Positions 1 through 13,954 of a stretch of DNA of 64,000 nucleotides are shown one piece after another. The position numbers and the translations under genes are program-made. The notes beneath the pieces are model-generated. The model searched no databases. It had not been told where the DNA came from and saw nothing but the letters and a program-made list of their open reading frames with translations. This DNA comes from the human T2T-CHM13v2.0 reference genome, Homo sapiens: the NCBI RefSeq assembly GCF_009914755.1, contig NC_060933.1; one strand, given 5' to 3'. Every line of letters starts with the position of its first letter. Positions within the stretch are counted from its first letter, which is position 1.

Positions 1-142
1 GATTTAACTCTAACATTAATTGATCACTTGACATTTGTCTTAAGATGAAACTTTGATGAGTTTTCAAATTTGAAAAATGAGGGGATTAGGTAAGATCTTT
101 TCTAATATCTCTTCCCCTCTAGTGTCTATGAATCTGTTAAAT

Positions 143-305
143 CACTGTGTCCAAACTTCAATGTCATACAGATCTCTTTGGGATCTTGTTAAGATGCAGA
201 TTTTGATTCAGCAGGTCTGAGATGGGACCTGACATTCTGCATTTCTGACAAGCTCCCAGGAAATGCTGATGCCGTTGGTCCACAGACTACACTTTGAGTA
301 GCAAG
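143..305. mobile_element. MER5A-like hAT-Charlie MITE
   Basis: Contains 'gatcttgttaagatgcagattttgattcagcaggtctgagatggg...gcatttctgacaagctcccagg...actttgagtagc', matching the recalled MER5A consensus. Confidence 0.8.
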
Positions 306-916
306 TTGTTAAAATACAAGGATTATTTTTCACTGTTGCAACTTTTAAACTTCTGGGTCTTTCTTTTTCTCTCTCTCCAGTGTAATTACTTATTATTTAT
401 GTAATGTCCATAAAACACCTACCTTCTTTAAATGGTATGATGTTAGAACTGCTATCTTTTGGCTAACAGTATTAAGATCATTTCTGAATATATGATTACC
501 CTCATGAAGTTCAGTTCAATTCAGTTAATATTTCTCAAGTGTCACAATCTAATTTAGTAACCTATCCTTGTGATCAGACAACTCTCTGTCAAAGCAATTT
601 CTCATCCCTTTAGATCCAACATGTTCACATTTAAGCTCTTTTATCTTTCTCTGATTTCAAAGGCGATGAGGAACAGCTGATCACCTGTGGAAGTCATTTG
701 TCCTAAATTGTCATGGACAGACCATGTGCCTTACAGCAAGAAAATTCTGTGAATAAACAGGAAGCCAGCCAGCCAGGTGTGTCCCCTAAGACTTGTGTCT
801 CCCCAGAATGGAGGAGCAAATGGTTTCATACCCAGGATAGTCAAGCTGTTAACCAGCCACAAACAACTGTGTCTGGGTTGTTCTGTGCTGCCTGTGTGCA
901 CTTGGAATAAGGAGAG

Positions 917-1270
917 TGTATTAGTCTGTTCTGAGGCTGCTGTGAAGAACTACTGGCGAGTGGGTGATTTATAAAAGAAAGAGGTTTATTTGACTCACAG
1001 TTCCACATGGGGAGGCCTCAGGAAACTTACAGTCATGTCAGAAGGCACCTCTTCACAGGGTGGCAGGAGAGCAAATGAGAGCCAAGTGAAGAGGGAAGCC
1101 CCTTGTAAAACCATCAGATCTCATGAGAACTTACTATCACAGGAATAGCATGGGGGAAACTGCCCCCATGATTCAATTACCTTCTACCAGGTCCCTCCCA
1201 TGACTCCTGGGGATTATGGAAACCACAATTCAAGATTAGGTTTGGGTGGAGACACAGCCAAACCATATCA
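917..1270 (-). mobile_element. THE1 (ERVL-MaLR) solo LTR
   Basis: Termini tgtattagtc...aaaccatatca; perfect 5-bp TSD GAGAG at 912-916 and 1271-1275. Confidence 0.93.
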
Positions 1271-1614
1271 GAGAGTTTCTTCCTGCATGAGATTTAACTT
1301 ATTATTTTATTTCTTTTTAATGTGAAGATCACACCTCTATTCTCCTTTCCTTTATTTTCATTCAGTTTTGATGTGATTGCCATAATTATGTGTCAGCTAT
1401 TACCGAGCACATTCTCATTACTCCATTTTTTGCTAGGATTGCTGGTACTGCATACCCTTTTGTTGATTAGTGAACTCTGAGGAGACTTCCTTGCACATGT
1501 CATGCTTTAGAGACAGTCTGATTTTACCTGATGAGTGATACTCAAAAGAACTATTATTTTGAACCAATTCACAAAATTAACATGTGATTTCAATTGGATT
1601 TTCCTAATGCAGTA

Positions 1615-1662
1615 TTAGGAAATATATTAGGAAATATCAGTCATTAGGAAATATCAGTCATT
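1615..1662 (+). repeat. 17-bp tandem micro-duplication plus a partial copy
   Basis: ttaggaaatatcagtca at 1627-1643 and 1644-1660; partial ttaggaaata at 1615. Confidence 0.9.
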
Positions 1663-1751
1663 ATTTAACAAGAATACCAAAAAGAAAGAAAACAGTTATG
1701 AATCAATATTGTGCTTTCAGCTCTTAAAGATAGGAACCATGGTTTTTCTAA

Positions 1752-2112
<361 letters not shown>

Positions 2113-2227
2113 TAAAGGTACCTTCTCGGAGATGTCTCAAAAACTTTCTTTTATACATAGCCCTGGTCCAGCACAGAATTTCACTGACATCTAGTCATTC
2201 CCCAACTTTCTGGATTATGCTTTAAAA

Positions 2228-2582
2228 AAAACTTTTAAGTTCAAGGCTACATGTGCAGGTTTGTTATATAGGTAAATTCATGTCACAGGGGTTTGTAGTA
2301 CAGATTATTTAATAATGCAAGTATTAAGCCTAGTACCCATTAGTTACTTTTCCAGGTCCTCTCCCTCTTCCCATCTTCCACCCTCAGGTAGGCCCCAGTG
2401 TCTGTTGTTCCCCTCTATGTGTCCATGTGTTCTCATCATTTAGCTCCCACTTATAAGTAAGAACATGTGACATTTGGTTTTCTGTTCCTGCGTTAATTTG
2501 CTAAGGATAATGGCTTCCAGCTCCATCCATGTTTTTGCAAAGGACATGATCTTGTTCTTTTTATAGCTGCATAGTATCCATG
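2228..2582 (-). mobile_element. L1PA (older, about PA13-16) 3' end fragment
   Basis: Antisense L1 3'UTR: ttttaagttcaagg...catgtgcaggtttgtt...tagctcccacttataag...gctgcatagtat. Confidence 0.9.
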
Positions 2583-2645
2583 TAGCCAAAAAGCACTTGT
2601 ACCCCAAAAGCTATTGAAATTAAAAAAAAATTGAAAAGAAAAAAA
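2577..2645 (+). mobile_element. L1PB-type extreme 3' end with poly(A)
   Basis: tccatgtagccaaaaagcacttgtaccccaaaagctattgaaat followed by an A-rich tail. Confidence 0.7.
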
Positions 2646-2689
2646 TGAAAACATTTTTCAAAATAATAGAAAAAATGATAAAGTATAAT

Positions 2690-2975
2690 TTGCAAAATTA
2701 AAAACCCATATAACTGTACAACACAAAGAATAAGCCTAATGTAAAATCCTATGGACTTTAGTTCATAATGTATCAATATTGGTTCATCAATTGTAACAAG
2801 TATATTATAGTAATGGAAGATGTTAATTATATGGAAAATTGTGTATGGGGTGCGTGTTGTGGGAAATGGGAGAGTAAATGAGGGTGGAAGACAAAGGTGT
2901 TATTGGGAGCTTACCATACTTTCTGCTCATTTTTTTCTGTAAACCTACAACTGCCTAAAAGTCAAGTTTATTATT
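2690..2975 (+). mobile_element. L1MC/MD 3' end fragment
   Basis: ctatggacttta...tatcaatattggttcatcaattgtaacaa...tttttctgtaaacct. Confidence 0.8.
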
Positions 2976-3199
2976 TTTACAAATATATAAACTCTATCAT
3001 GATCCACACAATGTTTATTACAAATTGTCCCATTCTTGAATATAGATAGCTGAACTGTTTTCCATTTTACACAAAGAACTTTGCAAATTCAGCTTCAATT
3101 TCCATTTTTGATTAAAAAATGTCAGTACCTAATCACCTTTCCAGAAATTCTCAGGCAGCCACTAAAAGACCAGCATGCTTCAAAAATCTTCTCAACTCT

Positions 3200-3650
3200 T
3201 TAGAATCTTCCCGAGTCCTTCCCCACATCACTCTTCATGTTTCAGCAAGCTTATACTTCTTTTAGTACCCCAAACACGACAGGTTCTATACCGCCTTGGC
3301 ATATTTTGGAATTTTTCTCTTCATTTTCTTCAAAGAGCTGGTTCTTTCTGGTTTTCCAGGTCTGGATTTCATTGTTACCCCGTGATAAGGTCTTCTCAGA
3401 CCTTTTAATCTACATTTGAGCTACCCTGAGCCCTGTATCCCCACCCCAATTATTTTCTATTATTGTATTTTGTTGCCTTCGTACCACTTATCACAATTTT
3501 TAATTACTGTTTTATTTTCTTACTTATTCACCATTGTTCTTGCCCACTAGACTATAAGATCCCTAAGAGTCTGGAACCATAGATTTTGTTCATTAGTAAT
3601 TACCCAGCACCCTGAGCAGTGCTAGGCACAGAGTAGAAGGTCAGCAATAG
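3200..3650 (+). mobile_element. L2 3' fragment
   Basis: cccactagactataagatccc...cccagcaccctgagcagtgctaggcacagagtag is typical of the L2 3' end. Confidence 0.75.
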
Positions 3651-3734
3651 GGCAATTGATGGAGAAAATGATTTTAATATAAGATATGCAGGAGATAAAA
3701 TACTAAAAGTATATGTCATTAATCACCTTTTTTG

Positions 3735-4525
3735 GTAATTAATTTGACAAGCTTAATAAAATGGACAGTTTTATTAAAGAAAATGTGAATTGCTAAAAAT
3801 AATTTAAGAGGGAATAGAAAATTTGAATAATCACAGAATAAATTAAGAAGGTTGTTAAAGAACTAACTCTGAAGAAAATACCAGGTAAAGAATATTTTAA
3901 GGATAATTTTCCCCAAACCTTCAAGAAAAAAGCAATTTCTGTATTATTTTAAATGTTATTGAGCTTAGGAAAAGATGAATTGATCCCCAATTCAAATTTT
4001 ATGAATAAAAAATATAGCCAGTTCACTTAAGAACAAAGATTCAAAAATCCTAAATAAATAATAGTAATTCCAATATAGACTGTATTAAAATAATCTGCTA
4101 TTAATATTTTATTAAGTTTAGAAAAAGATGAATTGTTCCCCAGTTCATTTTATGAATTGCAAAAATAGCTAGCTTACTTAGGAATAAAGATTCAAAAACC
4201 CTAAATAAATAATATCGACTCAAATACAACATTATATTAAAATACTAATACATTGTGCACATGCTGACTTTATCTGAGACCTGCAAAGAAAATGTAAAAG
4301 TAAAAAATTTATTAAAACAATTCATCATATTAAGAGAACAAAGAAAGAAAAATTTTGTGATCATCTCAGTGTATGCTAAAAGGCATTTGTGAAATTCAAT
4401 TTCACTGTATGAAGAAAATGTTTTGTGAAATCGTAATAGAAGGATATATATTTTGTATGAAGGAAAGTATTCTAAACCTAATGCAAGTATTCAAACTAAA
4501 TGTGAAAAACTAAAGGAAGTATAGA
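3735..4525 (+). mobile_element. Ancient L1M(E) ORF2 fragment with an internal ~153-bp tandem duplication
   Basis: A-rich decayed ORF2 motifs (aaaatcctaaataaa; tgatcatctcagtgtatgctaaaaggcattt). Confidence 0.75.
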
Positions 4526-4544
4526 GTAAGATTTGAAAGTACAT

Positions 4545-4700
4545 TTTACCCCTATAAGTCTCAATTTCCTTATCTGTAAAATAGAAATAAAAAAGAGCAT
4601 CTACTTTATAGGGTTGTGGTGAAGATTATATAATGTTTGTAAATAGCTTAGCACAGTACCTCGCACATAACAGAAATTAAATTTGCATTTATTTTCCCTG
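4545..4700 (+). mobile_element. MIR
   Basis: gtctcaatttccttatctgtaaaatag...gggttgtggtgaagatta...gcttagcacagtacc. Confidence 0.85.
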
Positions 4701-5394
4701 TTTATTATTAAAATACTGAGGGTAGTTTCATTTTGAATAAGTATATAGATGCTTAAGGCAACTTAAAAGGAAAGGAATGAAGCAAGATGGTCAGCAAAGA
4801 GTGTGATACTTGATTTTGGGTTGTGAGAGCCCAGAATAGTGAAGCTAAGGAGGGAGGGCCTTGGATTTAGAAATTCACATTCCCAAACCTTGACACTGAA
4901 TGACCTCATACTAAATCCATAGCCTGGGAAATGCTGAGGCCAGTTGACTAGGGAAGAGGAACTATCATGGGAGTTACTCTGAGAAAGAACCAAAACACTG
5001 AATGCATTTGGCTTACCTAATTAAGCCAAACAAGGTATGTGTGTGGAGTCCTCACCTGCCCAGACTTTTTGAGAATCAAAATCATGTTGTCTGTGCCTTG
5101 AGACCTTGCTTGATAGTCGTTTAGTTATAGTGGAGATAGTTTTGTGCCAATTTGGTGGTTTAAAATCTCATACTCCATTTGATACTGTTTTCTAGGGAAG
5201 ATGCTTTTGTGATATATCCCAGCATGCTGATGACCCCAAGGAGGACCACTGGATACCTAGCAAGGTAAGAAAGAATAGTTTTTATTCCAAGATTTTTAGG
5301 TTTGAGGCTGGCCTAGGTAGGACAGGTTGGGCTGGGGATGCTGGAGAGTTATCATCCCTGTGACAAATATATGCCTACTAATAACGCAGGTCAA

Positions 5395-6560
5395 TATTAT
5401 TATTTAGCTTTGTTTTAGAATTTTTAGTCAGTAATATAATACAAGAAAAGGAAACTGTAAAAGTAATCATGTAATTCTTATTATTTATAATTATGGATTA
5501 TTAATTATATTAGAAATATAATTATTTTTAATTTGTAGGATTGTTTACCTGGAAAAACTAAAAGAATTGATTGTAAAGCCCTGAGGTCTAATAGTAGAAA
5601 CAGAGTTCAATAAGGGAACTCTCATATACAAAAATTCATAGAGTTCTTACAGCTCAGCAATAACTATCAAAAATATGAAGGAAAAAATGCCATTCAGAAT
5701 AACAACATAAATTTATTTAAATGAAATTTGGAAGATCTCTTTTTAAAAAGTGCAAAACATTTAGTAAAAGACAAAAGAATTAAGTAGTTATCTACCCTAT
5801 TCTCAGATAGGAAGAATCGGGATTTAGATACCAGAGTTTCCTCATTTTATATCAGTTATGTAAGGCCAATAGTATAGTGCATTTTTGGCTCTACCTGATG
5901 AAATGATTTGCAGTTATACAATATGATGAACTGTAATAACAGCTATAATATCAATATAGAGAGGATAAGAGGTTTCATATATGCACTATCAAATATTAAA
6001 GTAAGTGATAAATCTGCAATCAAAATAGTGTGTCAAGATTAGATCTATTAACAGAATAAAATCTAGTAATTAACACATGTATATATTAAAAACTGTATAG
6101 TAAGCAGAGGCTGGGTGTGGTGGCTCACACCTGTAATCGCAGCACTTTGGGAGGCTGAGGTGGGTAGATCATTTGCGACAAGGAGTTTGAGACCAGCCTG
6201 GCCAACATGGCAATACCCCATCTCTACTGAAAACACAAAAATTAGCCAGGTGTGGTGGCGGGAGGTGGAGGTTGCAGGAGCTGGAGATTGCAGTGAGCTG
6301 AGATCGTGCCACTGCACTCCAGCCCGGGCAACAGAGTGAGACTCCAACTCCCCCCAAAAAAACCCCAAAAATAAACAAAAAAAAAGTGTATAGTAAGCAG
6401 AAATTATATTTAAAAAGGTGCTGGAAATTTGGTTAATTAGTAAGGACAATGTACAAAAAAATCAAACCATACTTTACATTATATGATGAAATAACATTTA
6501 AATTTCAGATAGTTTACATATGTAAATATTAAAAATTAGATTACAAAGGTTACATTATAA
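5395..6560 (+). mobile_element. Ancient L1M(E) ORF2 continuation, interrupted by an Alu
   Basis: gattgtttacctggaaaaactaaaagaat, aaaatgccattca and other decayed ORF2 motifs. Confidence 0.6.
6109..6385 (+). mobile_element. Alu (AluS-type) with a right-arm internal deletion
   Basis: TSD aaaaa(c/g)tgtatagtaagcaga at 6088-6108 and 6381-6401; the right arm jumps from gtggtggcggg directly to aggtggagg. Confidence 0.96.
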
Positions 6561-6809
6561 CCTTTAATTTATATGATATATAAAATATATACTGTATTAT
6601 ATAAATTTTATATTAGGATGTATTATAAATTTATATGAATCAAAGATGTGGAAATCTTTTATAAACTTAATTCTTTCTTAAAAAATTATAAAATAAAACA
6701 GATGATTCAGATTCTGTAACTATTTAACGTTTTCTTAAATTCTTAAATTTAAACTTAGGAAATTGAAATTTAAAATTAAATTTAAGAAAGTATACATTCT
6801 TAAAACTCA

Positions 6810-8290
6810 CCGTAGTAAAGAAGATATGAGGACCTGGAGGAAAGCCAGAGAGACAGCTATTATATGGGTTAAAATTAGCAAAGACAATTCTTCAGAGTCT
6901 CTGGAGATTGATCATGGGGCTTGCTACATATTGAGGAATATTTAATAAGATCTATGGACTCTTTCATGAAGGTGTGGCAATTGAGTTAGGGACTGCCCCT
7001 GTTTATTTACAACTCTGTGTTCTGGAAAAGCTGTTCTATTCAGCAGCAGTTGAGTGCTAGATCCCATATCCCTCAACTTCCTTGGGTAGGAGAGCTATTC
7101 TTGGTAGATTGGGGAGCTGGTAAACATTGGCAAATCCGATTTTTCACAGCCCTGTGCTACAGAAGACGATATGAGTGGGTGGCAGCAGTGTCCATTCCTC
7201 CATTTCCAACTCTTATGAGGTATATAGTATCCGGATGAGGAAACTGGTGAAAAATACAGTCCCTCAATTCTACACAGCTCTGTGTCGCGGGAGAGCTGCT
7301 CTACTGGGGTTGGCATCCAAGTGTCAGATCCCATCATCCCCAACTCCCTGGGGCAGAAAAGCCAATCTGGTTAAATAGTAAGATGGCAAAACTCAGCAAA
7401 TTTTATGCTCTTTGACTCTGGGCTGCAGAAGGTCTATACAGGGCTGTGATGGCAACTGGGTCGCAGAACCCCACCCCCACTATCCTCACACTCACATACA
7501 ACTGCTCCGTAGAGAGGATCCAGCTAGAGCGGTCAGTAAGTTCACTATTCTCTCTCAGCTCCTGCTTCATAACAAAATTTCTGCTTAGGGAAAGGGGAGA
7601 GTTAGAGAAATGCTGAAAGACTGGCTGTGACCCATCTGTGCCAAAGATCCCCACATTATTTCAATCAGACTGTGGAACAATTTATGCCTCAGGGTATTGA
7701 AGCAATAGAGTGATCAGCTAGCAATAAATGATGGATAACAGCTGGGTTGATACCAATAGAGTCAGACCTGGCACAATCTTAACAGAGAGATTAAGTGAAG
7801 AAGAAAGTCAAAGAGAGCGTTGCAAAAACCATAGTTTTCCCTGGTGACTAGGAAGACTGTGCACATGCCCAGGGCTGCCTGCATTGAAGAGCAGCCAGAG
7901 AGACAGAAACATTAAGCTATAAGTTCCTGGCTGTATGCAGGGAAACTCACATACTTTGTAAACCATGAAAGCAATCTCCACCCCATTCACAGATTGAAGA
8001 GTAAAAGGTGAAAACCTCACTGGTTCACGGGGCTTGTTAAAACCTCTGATCAATCAGTGTCTGATCACTAAATGGTGATAACACACGATAACCTTCTAGG
8101 AAGCCAGGCCAAAAGATAAAAATAAAGAAAAAATATTTGAGTAGGAACATCAGAGGCTGTATGCTGCAGAAAAAATAGACTTTACTGAACTAGCCCAGCC
8201 TAGCCATTAAGCAAATATAAAACAAACAGCAAGAGAAGCCTCAACTAGCTTGTGGAGGTGAGTATTATCAGTATGCGGAGCTGCTGCTAT
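6810..8290 (+). mobile_element. Probable old L1M 5'UTR region with degenerate ~130-bp monomers
   Basis: Internal repeated units; 'gaagactgtgcacatgcccagggctg' and 'cagaggctgtatgctgcagaaaaaatagactttactgaacta' resemble L1M4/ME 5' regions. Confidence 0.5.
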
Positions 8291-10499
8291 AGACAGACGC
8301 AGAGCAAGATGGCGGAATAGAAGGCTCCACCGATCATCCCCTCTGCAAGGATGCCAAGTTAATAACTATCTACACAGAAGAAACACATTCATAAGAACCA
8401 AAAATCAGGTGAGCCCTCACAGTACCTGGTTTTAATGTCATATCACTTGTAAGAGGCACCAAAGAGATAGAAAAAACAGTCCTGAATTGTGGATGCCACC
8501 CACCTTCCCCCGAGGCAGCTGCAGCAGTGGATGGTGTGGAGAACATCTCTGGGCACTGGGGGAGAGAGAACACAGCACTTATGAGTCATTGAACTCCGTG
8601 CTGTCCTGTAAGAGCAGAAGGGAAAACTAGACCAAACTCAGCTGCTGCCTGCCCATTGAGGGAGCATTTAAATCAGGCCTGGCCAAAGTGGAATCACAGT
8701 GGTCCGCCAAACTTGAGCTTTCATTAACCTTACCACCATGGGCTACAGTGCCCTGTGTCTCTAAATGAACTTGAAAGGCAGTCTAGGCCATAAGGACTGC
8801 AACTCCAACTCCTAGGTGCTTCCTAGTGCTGAGCTAGGCTCAGACACAGTGGACTGGGGTCGGGGGCACATGACATACTGAGACATCACCTGGGGCAACA
8901 AAGGGAGTCCTGGCATTACCCTTTCTCTAACCCTGGGCTGCACAGCTCACAGCTCCAAAAGAGACCTCTTTCTTCCACTTTAGGGGAGGAGAGGGAAGAG
9001 TCAGGAGGACTTTCTTTTGCATCTTGGATATCAGCTCAGCCGCAGGGCACCAGTCAGAGTTGTGAGGCCCCCATTCCAGGCCCTAGCTCCAAGGTGACAT
9101 TTCTAGACATACTCTGGGCCAGAAGGGTACCTGCTACCTTGAAGGACAGGACCCAGTCCTGGCAGCATTCATTATCTGCTAACTGAAGAGCTCTTGGGCC
9201 CCAAATAAGCAGCAGGGATACCCAGGTACTACATCAATGACCTTGGGTGAGCCTCTGATACTTTAACTAGTTTCAGGTGAGACACAGCACATTACCAACT
9301 GTGGTGGCTACGTGGCAAAACTCCTTTTGCTTGAGAAAAGCAGGGGGAAATGTGAAGGAGGATTTGTCTTGCACCTTAGGTAACACCACACAGCCACAGG
9401 GGTATAGAACATCAAGTGGGTTCTTGGGGTTTCTGATTTCAGAACTTGACTCCTGGATAGCATTTCTGGACCTGCCCTGGGCCAGAGGGGAGCCCACTAC
9501 CCTCAAAAGTGAGTCCCACACCAGGCAGCATTCACAACAAGCTGATTTAAGAGTCCTTGGGCCTTAAGGGAACATTGGTGGTAATCTGGCAGTACTCATC
9601 ATGGCCTGGGGTGGTGGTGGCTTCAGGGTGAGGCTTCTCTGCCTTTGAAAAGGGGAGGGAAGAGTGGAAAAGACTGCATCTTGTGGTTTGACTGCCAGCT
9701 GATGCACTGTACAATAGAACACCAGGCAGACTTCTAAGGTTTTTGGCTCTAGTTCCTGACTTCTGGATGACACGTCCAGACCCACTCAGGGGCTAGGGAA
9801 CTTCACTGCTCTGAAAGGAAGGACACAGTCCTGGCTGGCTTTGACCCAGCTGATTGTAGAGCCCCAGGGCCCAAAGCAAACATAGGCAGTAGCCAGGGAA
9901 TGATTACAGCAGGCATTGAGTGAGACCCAGTGATGTACTGGCTTCAGGTATGACCCAGTGCCATCATAGCAGTGGTGGCCACAGGAGTGTTTGTGTTACT
10001 CCACCTCCAGCTTTAGATGGCTCAGAACAGAGAGAAAAAGAGACTGTTTGTTTGGGATACAGTAAGGGAAGAGAACAAGAGTCTCTGCCTGGTATTCCAG
10101 AGAATTCTCCCAGATCTTGTCCAAGATCATCAAGGCGATACCTCTATGAATCTGCAAGAATCACAGCATTACTGGGCTTAGGGGTGCCTCTTAATGTGGA
10201 TGTAGGTTAGAACGCAACACTCAAGTCCTTTCAAATATCTGAAAAGCCTTCCCAAGAGGGACAGGTACAAATAAGCCAAGATGGTGAAGACTACAATCAA
10301 TATCTAATTCTTCAGTGCCCAGACAGTGAAGACTAAAATCAATGCCGAACTCTTCAATGCCCAGACACTGAAGAACATCTCCTAGCATCAGCATCATCCA
10401 GGAAAACATGACCTCACCAAGTGAACTAAATAAGGCACCAGAGACCAATCTTGGAGAAACAGATATGTGACATTTCAGACAGAGAATTCAAAATAGCTG

Positions 10500-10828
10500 T
10501 GATATGGTTTGGCTGTGTCCCCACCCAAATCTCATCTTGAATTGTAACTCTCATAATTTCCATGTGTTGTGGGAGGGACCCGGTGGGACGTAACTGAATC
10601 ATGGGGGCAGGTCTTACCCATGCTATTCTCATGATAGTGAATAAGTCTTATGAGATCAGATGATTTTATAAAGGGGAATTTTCCTGCGCAAGCTTTTCTC
10701 TTGTCTGATGCCATGATTGTGAGGCCTCCCTAGCCAGGTGGAACTGAGAGTCCACTAAACCTCTTTTTTTTTTGTAAATTGCCCAGACATAGGTGTCTTT
10801 ATCAGCAGCATGAAAATGGACTAATACA
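10500..10828 (+). mobile_element. THE1 (THE1B-like) solo LTR inserted in L1 ORF1
   Basis: tgatatggtttggctgtgtcccc...ggactaataca; perfect TSD AGCTG at 10495-10499 and 10829-10833. Confidence 0.95.
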
Positions 10829-11145
10829 AGCTGTTTTGAAGAAACTCAAAGAAATGCAAGATAACACTGAAAAGGAATTCAGAAGTCTATCAGATAAATG
10901 TAACAAAGATATTGAAATAATTAAAAAGAGTCCAGCAGAAATTCTGGAGCTAAAAAATGCAATTGGCATACTGAAGAATGCATGAAAGAACTTTAATAGT
11001 ACAATTGGTCAATCAGAAAAATTAGTGAACTTGAAGACAGGCTATTTGAAAATAGAGGAGACAGAAAAATGAAGGATATGTACAGGATCTAAAAAATTGC
11101 CCCAAAAGGGAAAAACTAACAGTTATTAGCTTTAAAGAGGAGTTA

Positions 11146-11480
<335 letters not shown>

Positions 11481-13206
11481 GAGCGAGATGTGGGTAGAAA
11501 GTTTATTCAAAGGAATAATCACAAAGAACTTCCAAAACCTAGAGAAATATGTCAATATCCAAGTAAAAGAAGGTTATAGAACACTGGGCGGATTTAACCC
11601 AAAGAAGACTACCTCAAGGCATTTAATAATCAGACTCCCAGAAGTTAAGGTTAAAGAAAGGATCCTAAAAGCAGGAAAAGAAACAACATGAAATGGAGAT
11701 CCAATACATCTATCAGCAGACTTTTCAGGTCAAGAGACAATGTCATGACATTTAAAGTGCTGAAGGAAAACAGCTTTTACCCTAGAATAGTATATCTGAC
11801 AAAAATATTCTTCAAATATGAAGGAGAAATAAAGACTTTCCCAGACAAACAAAAGCTGAGGGAATTTATCAATATCAGACCTGTCTTAAATGCAAAAGGG
11901 AGTACTTCAGTCAGAAAGAAAAGGATGTTAATGAACAATAAGAAATCATCTAAAGGTACAAAACTCACTGGTAGTATTAAGTACCTAGAAAAACACCACT
12001 GTAACTGTGGTGTGTAAACTACTCTGATACTAATTACAAAGACTAAATGAAGAACCAATCAAAAATAATAACTACAACTTTATAAGACATAGTACAATAA
12101 GATATAAATACAAATAACAAAGTTAAAAAGCAGGGGAATAAAGTTAAGGCACAGAGTTTTTATTAATTTTCTTTTTGCTTATTAATACAAACTGTGTTGT
12201 TATCAGGTTAAAATAATTAGTTATAAGATAGTATTTGCAAGCCTCATGGTGCCCTCTAACCAGAAAAATATACAATAGATACACACACAAAAAAAAGAAA
12301 TTATATCACCAGATAAAAATCACATTCACTAGAGGAAGACAGGAAGAAAAGAAAGAAGGAAGAGAGGACCACAGAACAACCAGAAAATAATAAGATGGCT
12401 AGAGTAAGTCTTTACTTATTAATAATAACACTGAATGTAAATAGACTAAACTCTCCAATCAAAAGATACAGAGTGGCTGAATGGATGAAACAAATGAAAC
12501 CCTTTAATCTGTTGCCTACAAGAAACACTTTACCTAAAAAGACACACATAGATTGACCATAAAAGGATGAAAACTGATATTCTATGCCAAAGGAAACAAA
12601 AAGAGTGGAAGTAGCTATACTTACATCAGACAAAATAGATTTCAAGAGAAAAACTATAAGAAAAGACAAAGAGGATCACTGTATAATGATAATGGGGTCA
12701 ATTCAGCAGGAGGATATAACAATTGAAAATATATATGCACCCAACACTGGAGCATCTAGATATATAAAGCAAATATTATTAGAGTTAAAGAGAGAGATAG
12801 GCCCCAATACAATAATAGCTGGAGACATCAACACCCAACTTTCAGCATTGGACAGATGTTCCAGACAGATAATCAATAAAGAAACACCAGACTTAATCTG
12901 CATTACAGACCAAATGGATCTAAAATAGATATTTACAGAATTTCATTCAACAGCTGCAGAATACACATTCTTTTCCTCAGCACATGGATCATTCTCAAGG
13001 ATAGGTGGTATGTTAGGTCACAAAACAAGTCTTAAAACATTGAGAAGATAGAAATAATATCAAGCATCTTCTCTGACCACAATGGAATAGGACAAGAAAT
13101 AACAAGAGGGATTTTGGAAACTATACAAATACATGGAAGTTAAAAAAAATGCTCCTGAATGACCAGTGGGTCAATGAAGAAATTAGGAAGGAAATTGAAA
13201 AATTTC

Positions 13207-13653
13207 AGAGGGGCATTATGTAATGATAAAAAGATTAGTCCAGCAGGAAAATACCAGAATCCTAAAGATAGATTCAGCTAAGACTGGAGATCCCAAATTC
13301 ATAAAGCAGTTACTACATAACATAAGAAATGAGATGGATAGCAATACAGTAATAATGGGGACTTCAATACTTCACTGACAGTGCTGGATAGGTCATTAAG
13401 ACAAAAAGAAACAATGGACTTAAACTATACCCTAGAAAAATGGACTTAACAGATATTTACAGAACATTCTACCCAACAAATGCAGAATATACATTTTTTC
13501 CATCATCACATGGAATATTCTCCAAGATAGGCCATATGATAGGTCACATAACAAGTCTAAATAAATTTAAGAAAATGTTAATAAATTAAAGAAAATTGAA
13601 ATTGTATCATGTACTCTCTTAGACCACAGTAGAATAAAACAAAATTAACTCTT
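13207..13653 (+). mobile_element. L1PB-type ORF2 endonuclease fragment
   Basis: Second, differently diverged copy of the EN segment at about 12670-13100 (aagaaatgagatggatagc, aaagaaacaatggacttaaactataccctagaa). Confidence 0.8.

Positions 13654-13954
<301 letters not shown>

Noticed and set aside
12584-12928. Endonuclease-like ORF
   Set aside because: Decayed L1 ORF2 EN fragment with stops and frameshifts.
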